NCBI RefSeq assembly: GCF_964204645.1
Contig: NC_134029.1
Coordinates: 18,036,950-18,100,949, forward strand
From: Tubulanus polymorphus
Lineage: Eukaryota; Animalia; Nemertea
DNA: 64,000 nt
Reading direction: 5' to 3'
Part shown: piece by piece, positions 15,201-30,200 of the stretch
How the letters are laid out: every line of letters begins with the position of its first letter
Position numbering within the stretch: the stretch's first letter is position 1
The notes under the pieces: model-generated
What the model saw: the letters and a program-made list of their open reading frames with translations, nothing else
Database searches by the model: none
What the model was told of the DNA's origin: nothing
Translations under genes and position numbers: made by a program

Positions 15201-18200
15201 TATCATTTGGTTGCTAGTATAAAATAAGAAACAAGCCTTCATATGATACAAGGAGAAATAGACGTCTAGATTCCCAGTATCAAATCGCTACTCATTGGTG
15301 TCAAATCTTTTAATCCAAATGAATCTTGCTAGTTAGAGGTGTCTATAGAATCATTGTTACCAGCACTGACCTGTGCTAATTAGTCAAAATCACACCAGCA
15401 CAAAATCAGTACCAGTTACAGAAAATCTATACCCATACTCCACGATAAATATCCATCACAAGACTGGTTTTAGCTAATCCTCAAAATCTATGACACTAAA
15501 TACCTCAAAGTACTCCCAGCACAGGCCTGTGCTAGTAATATATGTTAAACTACCACTAGACATGTACCAGGAAAACAAGATGAGATATTGACTGATGATT
15601 TGAGGGGTTGAGGACCTGTTTTATTTTAGAGATATCATATTAAATTGAACTTTTTTTATTATGTTCGATTGAGTAAGTTAGTGCTATAGTTTGAGCATTG
15701 AATGTGTTCTTCGGTCATCAACATTTGATGAGAATTTTTATCATGTAATCAATCATTAATAACCCATTATTATTAATCAAGCTTCAAATTTGAATATTAG
15801 AATGTAGAAATCCGTATTTGACTCCAACTGTGCATTAATCAGAGCCGTCGGAAGGGATTTTTCAGTGGCGAGGCTTATTTCTGAATGGTGGGTGTGGGCC
15901 CCTCCCCCAGAAAAATTTTGAAAATTCAATCGCCGGAGATGCGGTTTTGGGCATTTCACTGTCTCATTCACAGAAGCATGAGAAGTCGTGAGCAACGACC
16001 ATATACAGAGAACGACGAGCTGATACGCGGTACAGCGAGCTTTTGAAAAAAGCATTAAAAATATTTTTGGTTACGCAAAAAAACGGGCCGGCTTTTGCCG
16101 CCCCTGCCTCCCCTGTTCTGACGGCTCAGTTAATACATTTTGTAATGAAAAATTTAACTCACCCAATAGAAATTGAAACTCCAATTTTGTCCAAGAAACC
16201 AGTTGTAAAAAGGTGTCTATTTGATTCCCATTACCAGCACTGACCTGTGCTAATTATTCAAAATCTCACCAGCACAAAATCAGTACCAGTTACAGAAATC
16301 ATAATATCTTAGCTGAATTCATAACGTAACAGGCAATTGTGACACCTGCTGATCCCCTCAAAACAATGTGCTAGCGGTTATTTGACTAGAACAGAAATTT
16401 GAAGGGTACAGCTAGGGCAAAACTTCATTTTATAAGCGGAACTTACGTATTTGTTCTTTGTATCATGTGTTTCATCAAATCTTTGATGCAATCCTTCAAA
16501 ATATGTATCCATTATATGCGACTTGTTTTAGCTCATCCTTTAAATTTATGACATGAAATATCTCAAAAGTACTCCCAGCACAGGCCTGTGCTAGTAAACT
16601 ATGTAAAACCTATGAGCAACTATCTAAAAACATTGCTCATAGGTAAAACTACCACTAGACATGTACCAGGAATACTAGATGAGATATTGACTGATGACTT
16701 GAGGGGTTGGGGACCTGTTTTTATCTAAGAGGTATTGTGGTCAATTGAGTAAGTTAGTGCTATAGTTTGACTAAAAGTGAGCATCTCATGTCATCAACTA
16801 TCAATGACAAGTTATGTTAATTATCAAGACCTGTGCCTAATTAGAGAGCACACGCAAACCATTCACTCAATACTAAACAATGCTCAAACAAAGGGAAGTG
16901 GGTAATTTGCGGAACCAATAGCAATTCAAACGCAATCATTTGTCTTGTGCTAAAATTTGGCTCCAGCCTGGTCCAATGTTTTTGGTCGGGCCAAATTTGG
17001 CCCGGCTCAAACAGGCTCTGGCCCATTTGGCACCCATGTGAACAAATTTGGCTCGGGCCAAAAATGCTCATGCAATCTGGCTTAAAGCTTAGCTCAAATC
17101 ATAATGTATCAACCGAACTTCATTATATCCCCCTGAACTTTGGTTGTCATCAAAATAAACACCCACAGATCCCCACATATTTATGGGGTAGTGCTTAAAT
17201 CTGACAAGACCAGAAATATGAAGAAAATAGTGAGCGCAAAAATCCACATGACTCGATACATATATTCAAGCCCTTTTATTTTAACTGCTTGATTCCACTT
17301 ATAGTGTTTATAGTAAGTTTAAAACCCTCTATATACAAAATTTAAAAGATTAAAAACAAATTCAATTTTAATTCATCAAAAATTAAAATCAAAAGATGAC
17401 AAGAACAATGTTTCAGACCCTTTAGAGACTGTCATCTTGGTTTTTTAAAGGCATTGAACTCACATTTCGCTTCTTTTTATAGTATTTCCGATACATCGAG
17501 ATTGGCATCAAACAGTGTAAGAGCGGAGGCATTGATTGTAAAGTGCATAGTTTAAATATTGCGGGTAGAATCAGATCTGATGAAGACGATGTCGCCGCAA
17601 ATTTTTTGTTTCTCGCATCGGACGAAGAGGAAGAAACTCAGAGCGCTCCGATGGTGAAGAAAAAAGTGAAAACGGTTGGCACGAAAGAAATTCAAACTCA
17701 CGTTTTCGTCTGGGGTCTGAATGATAAGGATCAATTGGGAGGACCTAAAGGATCGAAGGTATGTCTTGCGCCATCTATGTATGGATTGCGCCATTAAAAG
17801 CCATATTTATCCTATAGTCCAGCGGTGAAATTTGTACAAAAAATCGCACGAGAATTTTCAGTAGATTATGTAGTTTTTGGATTGAAAAATTTTTTGAGTG
17901 ACCATTATCATTTAAACGCAAAGATGCTTTGTAAGAAATACTACTTGTATACTGGTGGTAAAACTATTCAATCTACCAATACTGATGGTTAAGATCACTT
18001 GTATAAAATGGACAAATCAATCTTGATCTTAAAATAGGGATTGACCCTGTTATTCATTCAATTGGTAGATTTCGTTTGATTTTATGATTTGGTGTCCCTT
18101 ACAAACCCACCACACCTGCCGTGAGCGAAACAGGGTTTTTGATTTTGAAATTAGAAATCGAAGTACAGATATAGTTGTGTGATCCGCGGACAAAATTACA

Positions 18201-21200
18201 GAATTTTTTGTTCAAATTGAAGGACAATATGATCTTAGCCCCTTATAGTTCTTTCCAAATCTGATGTATTGAATTTACCCACCAACATAACACAACCATC
18301 AATCACTTGCCAGTTCAGGCTGATTGATTTTAGAAAAAAATTCTGTGAATTCAACCATCTTTATCTTGTACTCAGATTTTGAAAGCTAACCCCTTTTTTA
18401 TTAGCAGCATGTATGGTGGCTTTGTAAGGGGCACAGTTAATACAAAAAAGTAAAAACAGCATTAAGCAGTTTTGTATCAGGATTGTCTGAACTGAATCAC
18501 TTATAGCTAGGTTTATTGGCTTTCTCACACGTGGGCTAGTAAGCATATACTGATAGGCATAATGATATCAATTCTGTTGCTGATTTGCTGAAGGATTTTG
18601 TGGTCCACAAAGTGATTTGTAATGCTTGAACTGGTCATTACTTCATCTATTGTATGTTTAGATTAAAACTCCAGTTTTGAATGAAACTCTATCGTCATTG
18701 AAATGCGTTCAAATTGCTGGTGGCTCAAAGAGCCTGTTCTGCGGTAAGAGAATTTTTGTTCTGTAGAATTGAGTAGGATAGGATACACAGTAAAAAAACT
18801 ATTTAGAAATTTTTTAAATGAATTTCAGTAACTCAAGATGGAAAAGTGTTTGCTTGTGGTGAGGCAACAAGTGGTAGATTAGGGCTCGGCATTGCCAGCG
18901 GTAATGTCGCAGTACCCAGACAACTGACGTCATTGAGTTCTTACGTCATCAAGAAGGTTGCTGTACATTCTGGTGGACGTCATGCTCTAGCATTGACTGT
19001 CGATGGAAAAGTCTTCTCTTGGGGTGAAGGAGACGATGGAAAACTAGGTCATTTTAGTCGAATGTGAGTGTGAAAATATGATTAAATTGTATTCAACTGA
19101 TGATGTTAGGACAAGAGCCACTGCAAAAAAGAGCAATAATTAAGGCCAAGTCAATTGTAGTTCATATTTTTTGGATTGGAGACGCTTTGATCTCAATTAC
19201 TGCAATATTGGTTTCGTAGATTGTCAAAATATTTACAGTAAGTCAGTACGTAAATGTAAAATATTTGGAGCCAAGGTGGAGACATCAGACTCTAAATGAC
19301 CACCATCATTAGACTCGGAAATAGAAATATTGATGACCTCAGCATAGTTTAAAGGATCTATTTCAACCCGTAATAGTCGTTTTAAACATTTCCCTGATTG
19401 TAGGAATTGTGATAAACCGAAGTTGATAGAAGCTTTAAGATCGAAACGAGTGCGGGATATTGCGTGTGGTAGTTCGCACAGTGCTGCTATCATATCTAAT
19501 GGTGATCTGTATACATGGGGACTTGGTGAATATGGTCGACTTGGACATGGTGATAACACTACGCAACTTCGACCTAAACAGGTATGCTCTTTAACTACAA
19601 GATGGTATTCATGTGAGTGGCTGTCGGGGATTGTGTTCTCGTTACTATCATACTTGGCAAATACCTTCAGGGCCAGTAGAAGCACTCTTAGATTGGTCCG
19701 AACATCATCGAAGCAGAATTCGATTTTTCTTACGGAATTTGGGGATTGTCCCCCCCCCCAAAAAAAATGATAGGATAGCATCCAATTGTTGCTTCCTGAA
19801 ACTTGCTCAAGTTTTACTGAATTCACTGCTCTGTCCTTTCATGATGAACTCCTCAGAAATTGGTATTAATCTGTATAGATTCTTAGAAAAATGTATGCCT
19901 TTTACAGGTCAAAACACTAGCTGGTCAGAGAGTAATACAAGTAGCTTGTGGAAGTCGAGATGCGCAAACATTAGCTCTTACTGATGAGGGCTATGTGTAC
20001 TCTTGGGGTGATGGTGATTTTGGCAAACTAGGACGCGGTGGAAGTGAAGGCTGTAATACACCTCATCTCGTTGAGCGACTATCTGGACTATCAGTTTGTC
20101 AGATTGAATGCGGAGCTCAGTTCTCTCTCGCTTTGACAAAGTCGGGACAAGTTTGGACCTGGTAGGTTTTAGCAAATCTTGTACCGATACTTAAACGTGT
20201 ACTGTATATCAATCCAAAAGTCTTATATAGTTTGAGTCTAAACACTTTATCCATGTAACATGAAGACCAGAAATACATATTATTTTCGGTGCTATATTTA
20301 TAGGGGTAAAGGTGATTATTTTAGACTCGGTCATGGAACTGATTCACACGTGCGTAAACCTCAGCTGGTGGAGGCTCTCAAAGGAAAGAAAATTGTTCAC
20401 GTAGCTGTTGGAGCACTGCATTGTTTAGCAGTCACTGATACTGGACAGGTACCATACCCGTTTATATTTTGTAATCACAATCTATCAATTGTAAAGTCAT
20501 AGATCATGATGAGTTCAAAATCAATGGTTTCTGTAGATCTTTGCCAGGAGGTGCTGAGTAGTTATATAACATTTTCATTTATTTGGCAAATATGCATATT
20601 TTGTAATCGCGATGATCAATTTCAAAGTTGTAGCCCATGACATGTTCTTTGTGCCAATTTCAACAGCATCGGCTTGACAAATTGGGATTAAATATTGAAA
20701 TTGTCACATTGTCGAGCATATCAGTGCACCACTTCACTGACTCAGTTTTGATTTAGAATAACTAATATCACACCACAACATTATGATGGAAGTTGGTATG
20801 ATAGACATCGCTTAATCAGGATAATTTTGGACCTGTGTAATTAATCCATACATCACCATCATTTGATTATTTACATCTTATGGTTGTGTACTTCGTGTAG
20901 GTGTTTGCTTGGGGTGATAATGACCATGGGCAACAGGGGAATGGAACTACCACCGTCAATCGTAAACCTGCTTTAGTTCACGGTTTAGAAGGATATAAAA
21001 TCACTCGAGTTGCCTGTGGTTCTTCGCACAGTATATCCTGGGCTACGACAGATCTATCTACTCCTGTTACGCATGAACCAGTACTATTCTCTTCATCCCG
21101 AGACCCTCTCGGATCATCTTTATTGGGTAAGTGTATGAAGATTGCGGCCTTGTATATGAATTATATTGTGGGCTTAGAGTTTTAAGAAAGGTAAAATATT

Positions 21201-24200
21201 TAACACTAGGTATCAGCTATTCAGAAATCTGGCCTGTAGCCAAAAGTTTTCAAGGGCAGTTCGTTATTCCAAAAAAGCAATTTTTCTACCAAAAAGGTAT
21301 CTTGTAGCCAAAAGGAAATATTTTTGCTGGTATTTGACAAATGATGAATTTAGAAGGCCATATTTGTAGGGTTAGTAAACTTCTTTCAAATATATTTTGC
21401 TGAACAGACAAAAGGACATTAACGGCTTCAAACAAACAAATTAACCCCACTGGCTACAGACCTATAGTTAACCTGATCTAAATTAGCCTTGATTCTTAGT
21501 TTGCAAAACCAACCCTGGGTATCTATGTTTTCTACGCCTGGTATCTGCTTTAGGAGATACAAACGTTTTCCCATTCTCATAGTGCTTTGTTTCAGCAAAA
21601 CTGAAAAAGACTAAATCGCTATTATTTAATTGTAGGGATAAATGAAACAGGTCCCGAAGAAACGTCTTCCTCATCTCCCCTGCCGAATAGTAACTCTCTG
21701 AATCTGAAATCAAATCGGCCATCATTGGCTAAGATTATTCTGTCAATGGAATCAAACAGTGCAAAACAACAGGCGTTACAACACATATTCTTGGCTTTGA
21801 AAATCAGATGTGCCAGGTAATAACAATTTATCAATACAGTTGATACCATGTTTCTTACAGAAGAAATTTTTCCTTTGTAAACATAAACTGGTTATGTATC
21901 CGTTTTAGTTTTTAAAATGAATATTTGACTGGTGGGGACTCAAAAAATGATACGGAAAGTGTCATTCTAAGAAACCTCATCATCATTGTATCATTGTAGC
22001 ACGGACTGTATAATGACATGTACCCGGTAGCAATGACTGTATGATTAATGGTATAGAATAAAGTTTTCCATGGTAAATGCTTGGGTGAGTAAGTATTAAC
22101 CAAGTGATAACATTTAAATTTGTAGGATAGCTGTTGTTTTTGCCTTAATGAAGTCAAATGGCGCAATACCTGTACCTGTGGACTACGCACCAGGCCCAGT
22201 AACACCCTCTATATCGTCACCGATAACGACACCTATTGACAGTCCTCGAGATCAGGCATCGGGCGTTGTCGATCCTAGTGAAATACATCTAGCTATGACG
22301 ATGGGTGAATCGTCAGGAACTGAGGTATGTAGAAAAATTACACTTTATTGCGATTTTAGTGATTCATCTTTTGGATTTTAAGGTCATCACTTTTAAACCA
22401 TTAGTTTAATAGATAGCTAATGCACACTTTTGAAATAAGTCCAGTCTTTGAAGTAATTGTGAATTTACGTTGTAGATGAGTTTGAGTGGACATGAGGGAA
22501 TCTGTACATTCCCAAGCATGCATGATTTAGCGAAAGCATCTCCTGCTACGAGTATAATGGCTGAGACTATCACGTCTGCTGAAGAGGTAATTATCCGTCT
22601 CAAACATGTATTCAAAGTTCATCGGGATTACCCGTTTATGAGATCCACTTAAATTTCATCATGATATCACAACGCTGATGAAACTTCAATGAAAGTCATT
22701 GTGTGAAACTGGTGGCCACTGACCTAGAAAACCTGGAAATCCTGGGGAATCAGAAAAATCTAGAAAAAAATCAAGGAAAAACTCAGGGAATTTGTACCGT
22801 CCCAAGCCTTGAGATGAGTTAACCTAGAGTAACTCGAAAGTTCAATTTGATTATATCATCACTTTATGCACCTCTCATCAGAAGCTTGAAAGATAGGATT
22901 CTGTATTTAAATCTATGGGTTAAGTTTCATAAAATCTCTCCAACAGATGTGAATCCGCAGATATCCAAACCATGGCAATCAGAGCCATCCCTTTTATTCT
23001 GGGTGGCTCTAGGTTGACTTGGTTTTGGCATCGGCTAAGAATATTCTTCATGGAAACTTTGTTCCTAATTTTGAAATTATTATGATAAATAAGTAGTATA
23101 AAGGTATTTTATAGTTCACACTATTGATTAATAGGTTACTAAAACAGCGGAAGCGGATGCGTCGTTAGCGAACAGTGATCTTGATGATTTTACTCGTAAA
23201 CTTATGGCAGACGACGCTCGCGTTCTCGTTGATTTATTGAAACTGGCAGTCGCTAATCGCACGGTGAACATCGTCGGCAAACATGTCATCTCCGATGTCT
23301 TGACCGCGATGGGTAAAACGCACGCGCAAGTCGCCGAAATGTTGTTAGAATTGTGCGTAACTGAGTTGGAAGATGTCGCCTCGGATAACGAGTCGGGACG
23401 TAGTTTAGCTCAGCCCGTAGTACAAGAAAGTCCACATCCGTACACCGATGACACCTCGCTTAATGGACATGTGAAAATACCGGGTTTGTTTCTATTCTTC
23501 CACTCTTTCTCATGGTAATATTTTCCGTTTACACACATTAGAAATAAAACCATTGTTTCTCTATCTGTTCTCTATCTGTGTGTTTAGGTGCTGAAGGTTT
23601 ACGTGTGGAATTTGACCGTCAGTGTTCAACAGAAAGACGACATGACCCATTAACAATAATGGATGCTACAGGCCGCACTGTTACTATTCGATCTGGTATG
23701 ATATTTATCTATTTATTTGTAGTATTACTAGCTTTGTCTTTTGAATGATGGTATTGAAGTCGATTTCATCTTTCGGCTGTCACTTCATCCATCTGTGGAT
23801 CAACAGAGCTGCCAACAATTCTGATTTTTCCATTACTGTTCCGTAAAATAGTGTGAAAATACGACGTTCTTATTTTAGAAAAATTGTTACGGATTTTAAT
23901 TCACCTGAGAATACTGAAAAAATTTGATGAGTTACGGAAAAACTTAATCATTTTTATGGTTAATTGCATCGTTCTTTCTTAAATCTCTCAGAATCATGCT
24001 GTTTAACTCTAATTATACTCTCAACATGACACTGTACTAGTGCGCCATCTGTACTGAGATGAAGATGGCGGACACGTACAGTATCAGAAGTCGGGAAATT
24101 TTGTTTTACGTAATTTACCCTAGTACATATTTTTAAGACCACAATACTGATTTTTAAATTGTCTTCTGGTTCCAAAATTTGGGACTACTGGAAAAATTAT

Positions 24201-27200
24201 GAAAATACTGATAAACTTGGTCATGTGGTCAGAAAAAGATCAAATCTAAGTTGGCAGCTCTGGACCAATCTAGTTTGTTGGGAAGTTTTCTCATAGATGT
24301 ATGACCGGCTGCCCTAGACTCATGTGCAGCCCAAAAATTGACAGTTGAAATGGTGTGTTATTGGGCCACCTCGGTGCATACAAATGTGGGCTTATGAAAA
24401 TATGGGATTGCTATATTTTCTGAAAAACTATTTTTGAAGTTAATTTTCTTAGCTTAGCGTTTAAATTCGTGTTGACTAACATGTGTCCATGCCCATAGCT
24501 GGATGGTATGTCTTAAAAAAACCTCCCTATGCAGTAGGTAGAGGGATGAATATTTTGGGATGGGAGAGGAACATTTAGAACTAATTGTTGTTGATATGCA
24601 CTAACAATCAATAATATAAAGACAATCAATACCACCAAAAAATTAACAATAATCTATTTACCATTTGAATTATGATAATAGTTACGAATACAAAAATTCA
24701 AGATGGAGGGATGCATCAAGAAACCTATTAAGGCTGACAAGATTACTGGCTTCTGACTGCATACTTTACTGTACTTCTGATTAGATTGATAAAACCACTT
24801 TTCCAATAGCAAGTTATTTTGTGCTGGACCAGTGATAAGAACCAAATAGAATATATGTGTGTGAACACACAGCAAAATTAGTCCGTTCCAGGTACTAGCC
24901 AAATTAGAGCAATTGCTTAAGTGGTAGTGTGAACACAGCTATGGTTAGGGATATCGGACTATATAGACACCTCCTTAAATCCTCCTTATTTTTCAAAAAT
25001 GGATGGCACGATACATCCGCAGTCACATCTCTGCAGTTTTTGACTGACCCATCTTTCATCTATGGGTAACCTATTTCCTGGTGGTTTCAGGTCGCGAATG
25101 GTCCGATTGGTCTCAGGAATTACGAATCACGGGCGACGAACTGAAGTGGAAATTTACCAGCGATGGATCGGTGAATGGTTGGGGTTGGCGTTTTACGATC
25201 TACCCGATAATGCCGTCGGCCGCTCCAGTGAATATGCTCAGCGATAGAACTGTGTTATCGCGACCGTCTATCGAACTCGTCATGTGTTTATTGGATTTCC
25301 GTTTGGAAATGTCGTCTGATCGAAACATCATTCCAAGACTCGCTGCTGCCCTTGCTGCTTGTGCTCAACTCAGCTCATTAGGTAATTATCGATTTATCTG
25401 ATCATTTATAAGGATATGTTGTCAGATGTTTTGGCTAAGATCTGTCTACGGTTGAAAAATTGTGGCTCTCTAACAAATGTCCTTTAAAACTGCTGTATTT
25501 CTTCTGTTGTACATTTGATGGATGACTTTTGGAATGCAGTGGCAAAATGTTTTAGTTATCTACCAGCCTTGACATGTACAACAATACAATTGCAATCAAT
25601 TCATTTACAGGTGCCAGTCAGCGAATGTGGGCATTACAGAAACTGCGAACTTTGATCAACACTTTCTTCGGACCAAATATAAATATAACGACATTACTTT
25701 CAAACTCGACTATTGAATCACCCGAATCCGATTCTGCGAGATCTGTCGTAAGTTTCCTGATATTCAACATAATAATATCATCAGTATCCATAAAGAAAAT
25801 GGAAAAGCGAAAACTGTGGGGAAAAACTTGATATTTGATAATTATCTCTCACATTCCATTGGGATTACCTAGTGAATTGTTCTCACCCCCAGGGGCAATT
25901 TTTCTTCTTTTTGCAATAGATGACTAAGAAAATGATTATCATTCAGTGCTTAGTTGTCCTCAAACTGAAGTAATAGTTATAAGAAAAAAGAACGATTCTA
26001 ACAGGGTTCTAACAGGATTCTAACAGGCCACTGACCTGGGAAACTCAAGGAATCAGAAACATCTGCAAAAAATCAGGGAAAACTCAGGGAATTTGACAAA
26101 TTTTGCAAAAATCCTTAAAAACTTCTTGAAAATTTAGATATGTTATTGACCACACTTATCTTTATCAGTAGTTATTCAGAAGAAATAAATGAATTATAAC
26201 ATCTTAAACCAAGAAATCCCTCGGATTCACTCAGAGACTTTTGTGTTATTTCATGGAAAAATCTGGGAAGACTCAGGGAATCTGTAAATTTGTGGAAAGT
26301 GGCCACCCGCTCTTACAAGTAATCTTACACAATTTTGTCCCTTTGTTTTTTAGTCATTTAGTGGATCAGCTTTAGTTTCACTTGTGAAAAGTCTTCCTGA
26401 TGCTTTACAACGTCAATATGAATACGAGGATCCGATTGTACGCAGCGGTAAACACCTTATGCATAGTCCATTCTTCAAGGTAAAAGGAAAAGTTTCATAA
26501 CATTTCACTTGGAAAATCCTTTTGAAATAGTGTATAAGAAGATTGTTTAAGAGGATTAAATAAAATGCTTTTAATCTTGAGTACGAATGAAATTCTAATA
26601 ACGATAGTATATTTCCGTCGAGTACTGTACCCTTTCCTATGGTTTTTGCCAATATTTTCTAAATTTGGATTTATCGCCAATGGTTTTTCTATATGACCCG
26701 GCCCTGCGGTATTGCATTTAGCCACCGGCGAAATCCGCCATCTTTTTTCTTGGCGTTCTCGCAGTAGAACGCGTTGGATTTTTTCGCCGTAAAAATCTGG
26801 GAATTAGGATATTAGGGAGTTTTCACTCTCATAACGGTGAGTCCGTTCAGTTTGGGGGTTATCCCTGGTTTCTTTTTTTCCGTAAGAATTTTATTTACAA
26901 ATATAATTTGATTGAATTGAATTGTTTTGATTTGTAACAGGATAATTATGCCACCCCCTCCCAAGGGTCAGCATCGTGGCGGGGAGGGATGCGGGCATTT
27001 GTTTGGCGCCTGGGACAACCACGATTCATGTGCGTCGTGCAGGCGCAAATCCGGTCAAATATGTGCAAGGAGCAATCCTTGCAAGATTTGCGTCGTGTGG
27101 TCCGAGGACCTTTGGCTTCGGGCCGAAAAGGCTCTTAAACTAAGAGTTCGTCGTTGAGTTAGCAGGGATTCGTCAGTTTCGGCCGATGTGCCAACCGACG

Positions 27201-30200
27201 TTTCTAATCCTGTTTCTTATCGTAAAGCGGAGCGGTCGCCGGTCGTTCAGGTACGATCGGCCTCCCAACTCTGTTCACCGGGGAGGAACGCTGGTTCACC
27301 GGCACCGGTCTCCGGTCATTCACCGGTCTCTGGTCGTTCACCGGTTCGGCCGGTTCAGACTACATGTTCGGAACCGAGCGCGCGCCGCGGTAGTCGCGAG
27401 CGGCCCGCACCGGTTCGGTCGGTACCGGTCCGGTCCGGGTCGGGCATCGGTCCGGTTCGGCCACCGGTCCGGTCCAGACGTCCGGTTCAAAACATCCGGT
27501 ACGTTCATCGTCTGATTCTGATCGTCGCTCCGGGGATAGAGCATGCTCTCCCACTAGATTTAGACGCCGTGAGCGTAATAAACGAGCAAGATCTCCTTCT
27601 CGCAGATCAAGGTTTGATCGCAAGAGGGACTACGATCGTTATTGTCGGAAGTTTCGCCATCGGTCTTCTCATCGTTCGTCGACGTCGGTTAGCGATGAAA
27701 GCGATTCTTCTAGTAGGTCGCGATCCCGTTCGAGGGACCGTCACCAAAGTCGGCATGATCGTCGGGATACTGGAAAATACCTGACTCAGAAGGATTTCCA
27801 TGTATTTGAGGAGAAAATTTTAAACTTGTTATCTTCGTCGCAACAAGTCGCTGCAACTTCTACAACAGGTAAGCCTATTCCTGATTGTCCGGTTAGAAGT
27901 TCGCCAGCCCACTCAGTTTTTCGGAATTCTGACTCTGAATTCCTGGATGCTGCGGTAGGGTCTGATTTCAATGAGGATCCGGTCCCAGAAGCGGCAATTC
28001 CTTCTGGGGTCGTTCCTGTCGCGAGCAATTGTGGGTTGCCCCAGACGATGGGGGCTTCCCTGGCTCGCAATGTGTCTCCGTCCCGTTCAGTTTTATCTGA
28101 ACCAGCGGGGGACATGCCATTTAGAGCGATGATAAGTGAGTTCTTTGTCAAGCACGGGGCAACTCGCGCTAAGCCCACAGCAGCTCCTCTGGTCGGTGAG
28201 TCAATGGAAGCTTATCGCCCTCCGGACTCCGATCTTAACGTTTTACGGGAATCGTCAGCGGTTTCGAGAGAATGGGCTCGATTGGATACGCAATTATGGG
28301 GTGAATGTCGGCCTGGAACTTTTTCATTTCCCCCTCCAGAACGGGGTATGAAATCTGGGAAATATTTTAGTTCAACCGATCCACCTATAGGCGCATTTCG
28401 CTCGGCGTATTGACCCAGAGTCAGTTGCCCTAAAACTGGAGGGAATGGACCGGATTATCCAATCTTTGGCTCGGTCTGTTTCGCATGTAATTCCGTTGTC
28501 GGTTCGGGGTCAGGCTAATCTGGTGTTAGCCTCCCGTCTGTCAGTGATGGACTCCAGTTCCAAAACTCGTCTACCGGATATGGTTTCCAATGCTTTGCTG
28601 AGAGCCCCATTGGGGACGTCTTCACGTCTCTTCTCCGGTTGGTGCGCTCCGGTTTCCGCAGAGCTGAGGAAGATTCGGGAGGTTCAGGCCAAGTCCAACC
28701 CCCGAACTCCGTGGAAAAAGCGTTCTGGTCCGACGCCGGCGGCGCAAGGTTCGGCACGGACGCAAACAGGACCATCTCAAACTTCAGCGCTTTCTCAGGC
28801 GGCTTCGGATGCCGGTTGGAGAACTAGCCCGCAACTTCAACAATCGTGTCAAGCCTCGTCCGGTCGTAACAGTTCCGGTTCGTATCGAGGCAAGGGGAAG
28901 GCTCCAAAAAGGGGCTCTTCCTTTCGGAAAAACTCGAAATGAATTCTTGGACCAGTGGGAGGTTGTCTGCAGCAGGCAGCAACCCACTGGTCCGACCTCT
29001 TTGGAGACGGTTGGCCCTCCCGGGTCGTGTCTCGTGGCTACCGTCTCCGTTTCCTAAGGCGACCGCGCCTGATGAGGTCACCTCCCGACATGCGGCCAAA
29101 ACCAGGTCAGGAGGCCTTAATCTCTCCGGCTCTCAAGGAATTGGCCGAGAAGGGAGCGATAGAACCAGTTTGCAACGAAACTTCTCCCGGCTGGTTTTCT
29201 CGAATATTCATGGTACCAAAGGCCACAGGGGGTCAACGGACAGTGATAGGTCTGTCATCCCTCAATCGGCACCTAGACATTCCAAGGTTCCGGATGACCA
29301 AGCCCAAGGACGTGATTCAAGGGCTCCGTCCGGGTCAATGGGCGGCTTCATTGGACCTGAAAGATGCTTACTTTCAGGTTCCAATTCACCCAAAATCTCG
29401 GCGATTTCTCAGGATAAAGTGGAAAGGCCGCCAGTTCCAATTCAGGTCTCTTCCATTTGGCCTCAGTACGGCCCTGTGGGTTTTCACCAAGTTGGTCAAG
29501 TCAGTTCAGAAGGTACTTCAGTCAAGGGGTGTTCGACTGTTCGTTTACCTCAACGACTGGTTAATAGTCGCGAATTCGGCTCAGGAATGTCGGGAGGCAA
29601 TGACCTCAGTCTTGGACTTAGTCCATCAGCTAGGGTTCCGCGTAAACAGGGAAAAATCTCAGTTGACGCCGGCCCAACAGTTCACTTATCTCGGCATGGA
29701 CTTCGATCTCCGAATCGGCAAAGTCTTTCCGTCTATGGTTCGAGTAGCCAAACTTCAAGAAGCTGTAGCGGGAGTGTCCACAACCCCGAGAACAGCTCGT
29801 TACTGGTCACGGCTTCTAGGCTCCATCAGCTCCATGGGTCTGGTGGTGCCCTTAGGCCGCCTCAGAAGCAGGCGCTTGCAACAATATTGGAAGGCCTTCT
29901 GGTCTCAGTCGAAGGCCTTGATTCCCATACCTCCAACCGATCTAAGTCCGGATCTTCAGTGGTGGGCGGCAACTACAAATCTTCGGCTCGGGGTGTCATT
30001 AGCCCCGTTAGAGGCTCCAGTTCGTGTATTCACGGATGCCAGTCACCAAGGATGGGGGGCACATCTGGAGAACCGAGTCAAAGCCGGGAGATGGTCTCGC
30101 TACGAGGCCACCAACCACATAAATTTCCTAGAAATGCTGGCCGTGTGGAAGGCCCTGAAGTTCTTTCACAGGAGAGTGGAGGGCCACCACGTTTGGTTAG

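Larger units (their letters stand above)
3340..17250. repeat. Intronic tandem satellite, ~1-kb monomer, about 13 copies, with a 2719-bp higher-order repeat
   Basis: The marker gATCCC recurs at 4093, 5571, 5989, 6980, 9651, 10632, 11376, 12370, 13351, 14095, 15089 and 17169; spacings 981/744/994 occur twice. Confidence 0.93.

Noticed and set aside
3340-17250. Satellite as a hammerhead or C/D snoRNA array (CTGATGA-cttgaggggttgag-GAAC in most monomers)
   Set aside because: The core reads GAAC or GACC instead of GAAA with no room for stem III, and there is no properly spaced box C/box D pair with a terminal stem.
3340-17250. CRISPR-like array or repeat-protein gene
   Set aside because: The sequence between palindromes is itself repeated rather than unique spacers; there are no long ORFs on either strand; the context is a eukaryotic intron.
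19233-19984. Longer antisense and alternative-frame ORFs over HERC2 exons and introns
   Set aside because: Shadow frames or read-through into introns, with no domain motifs.
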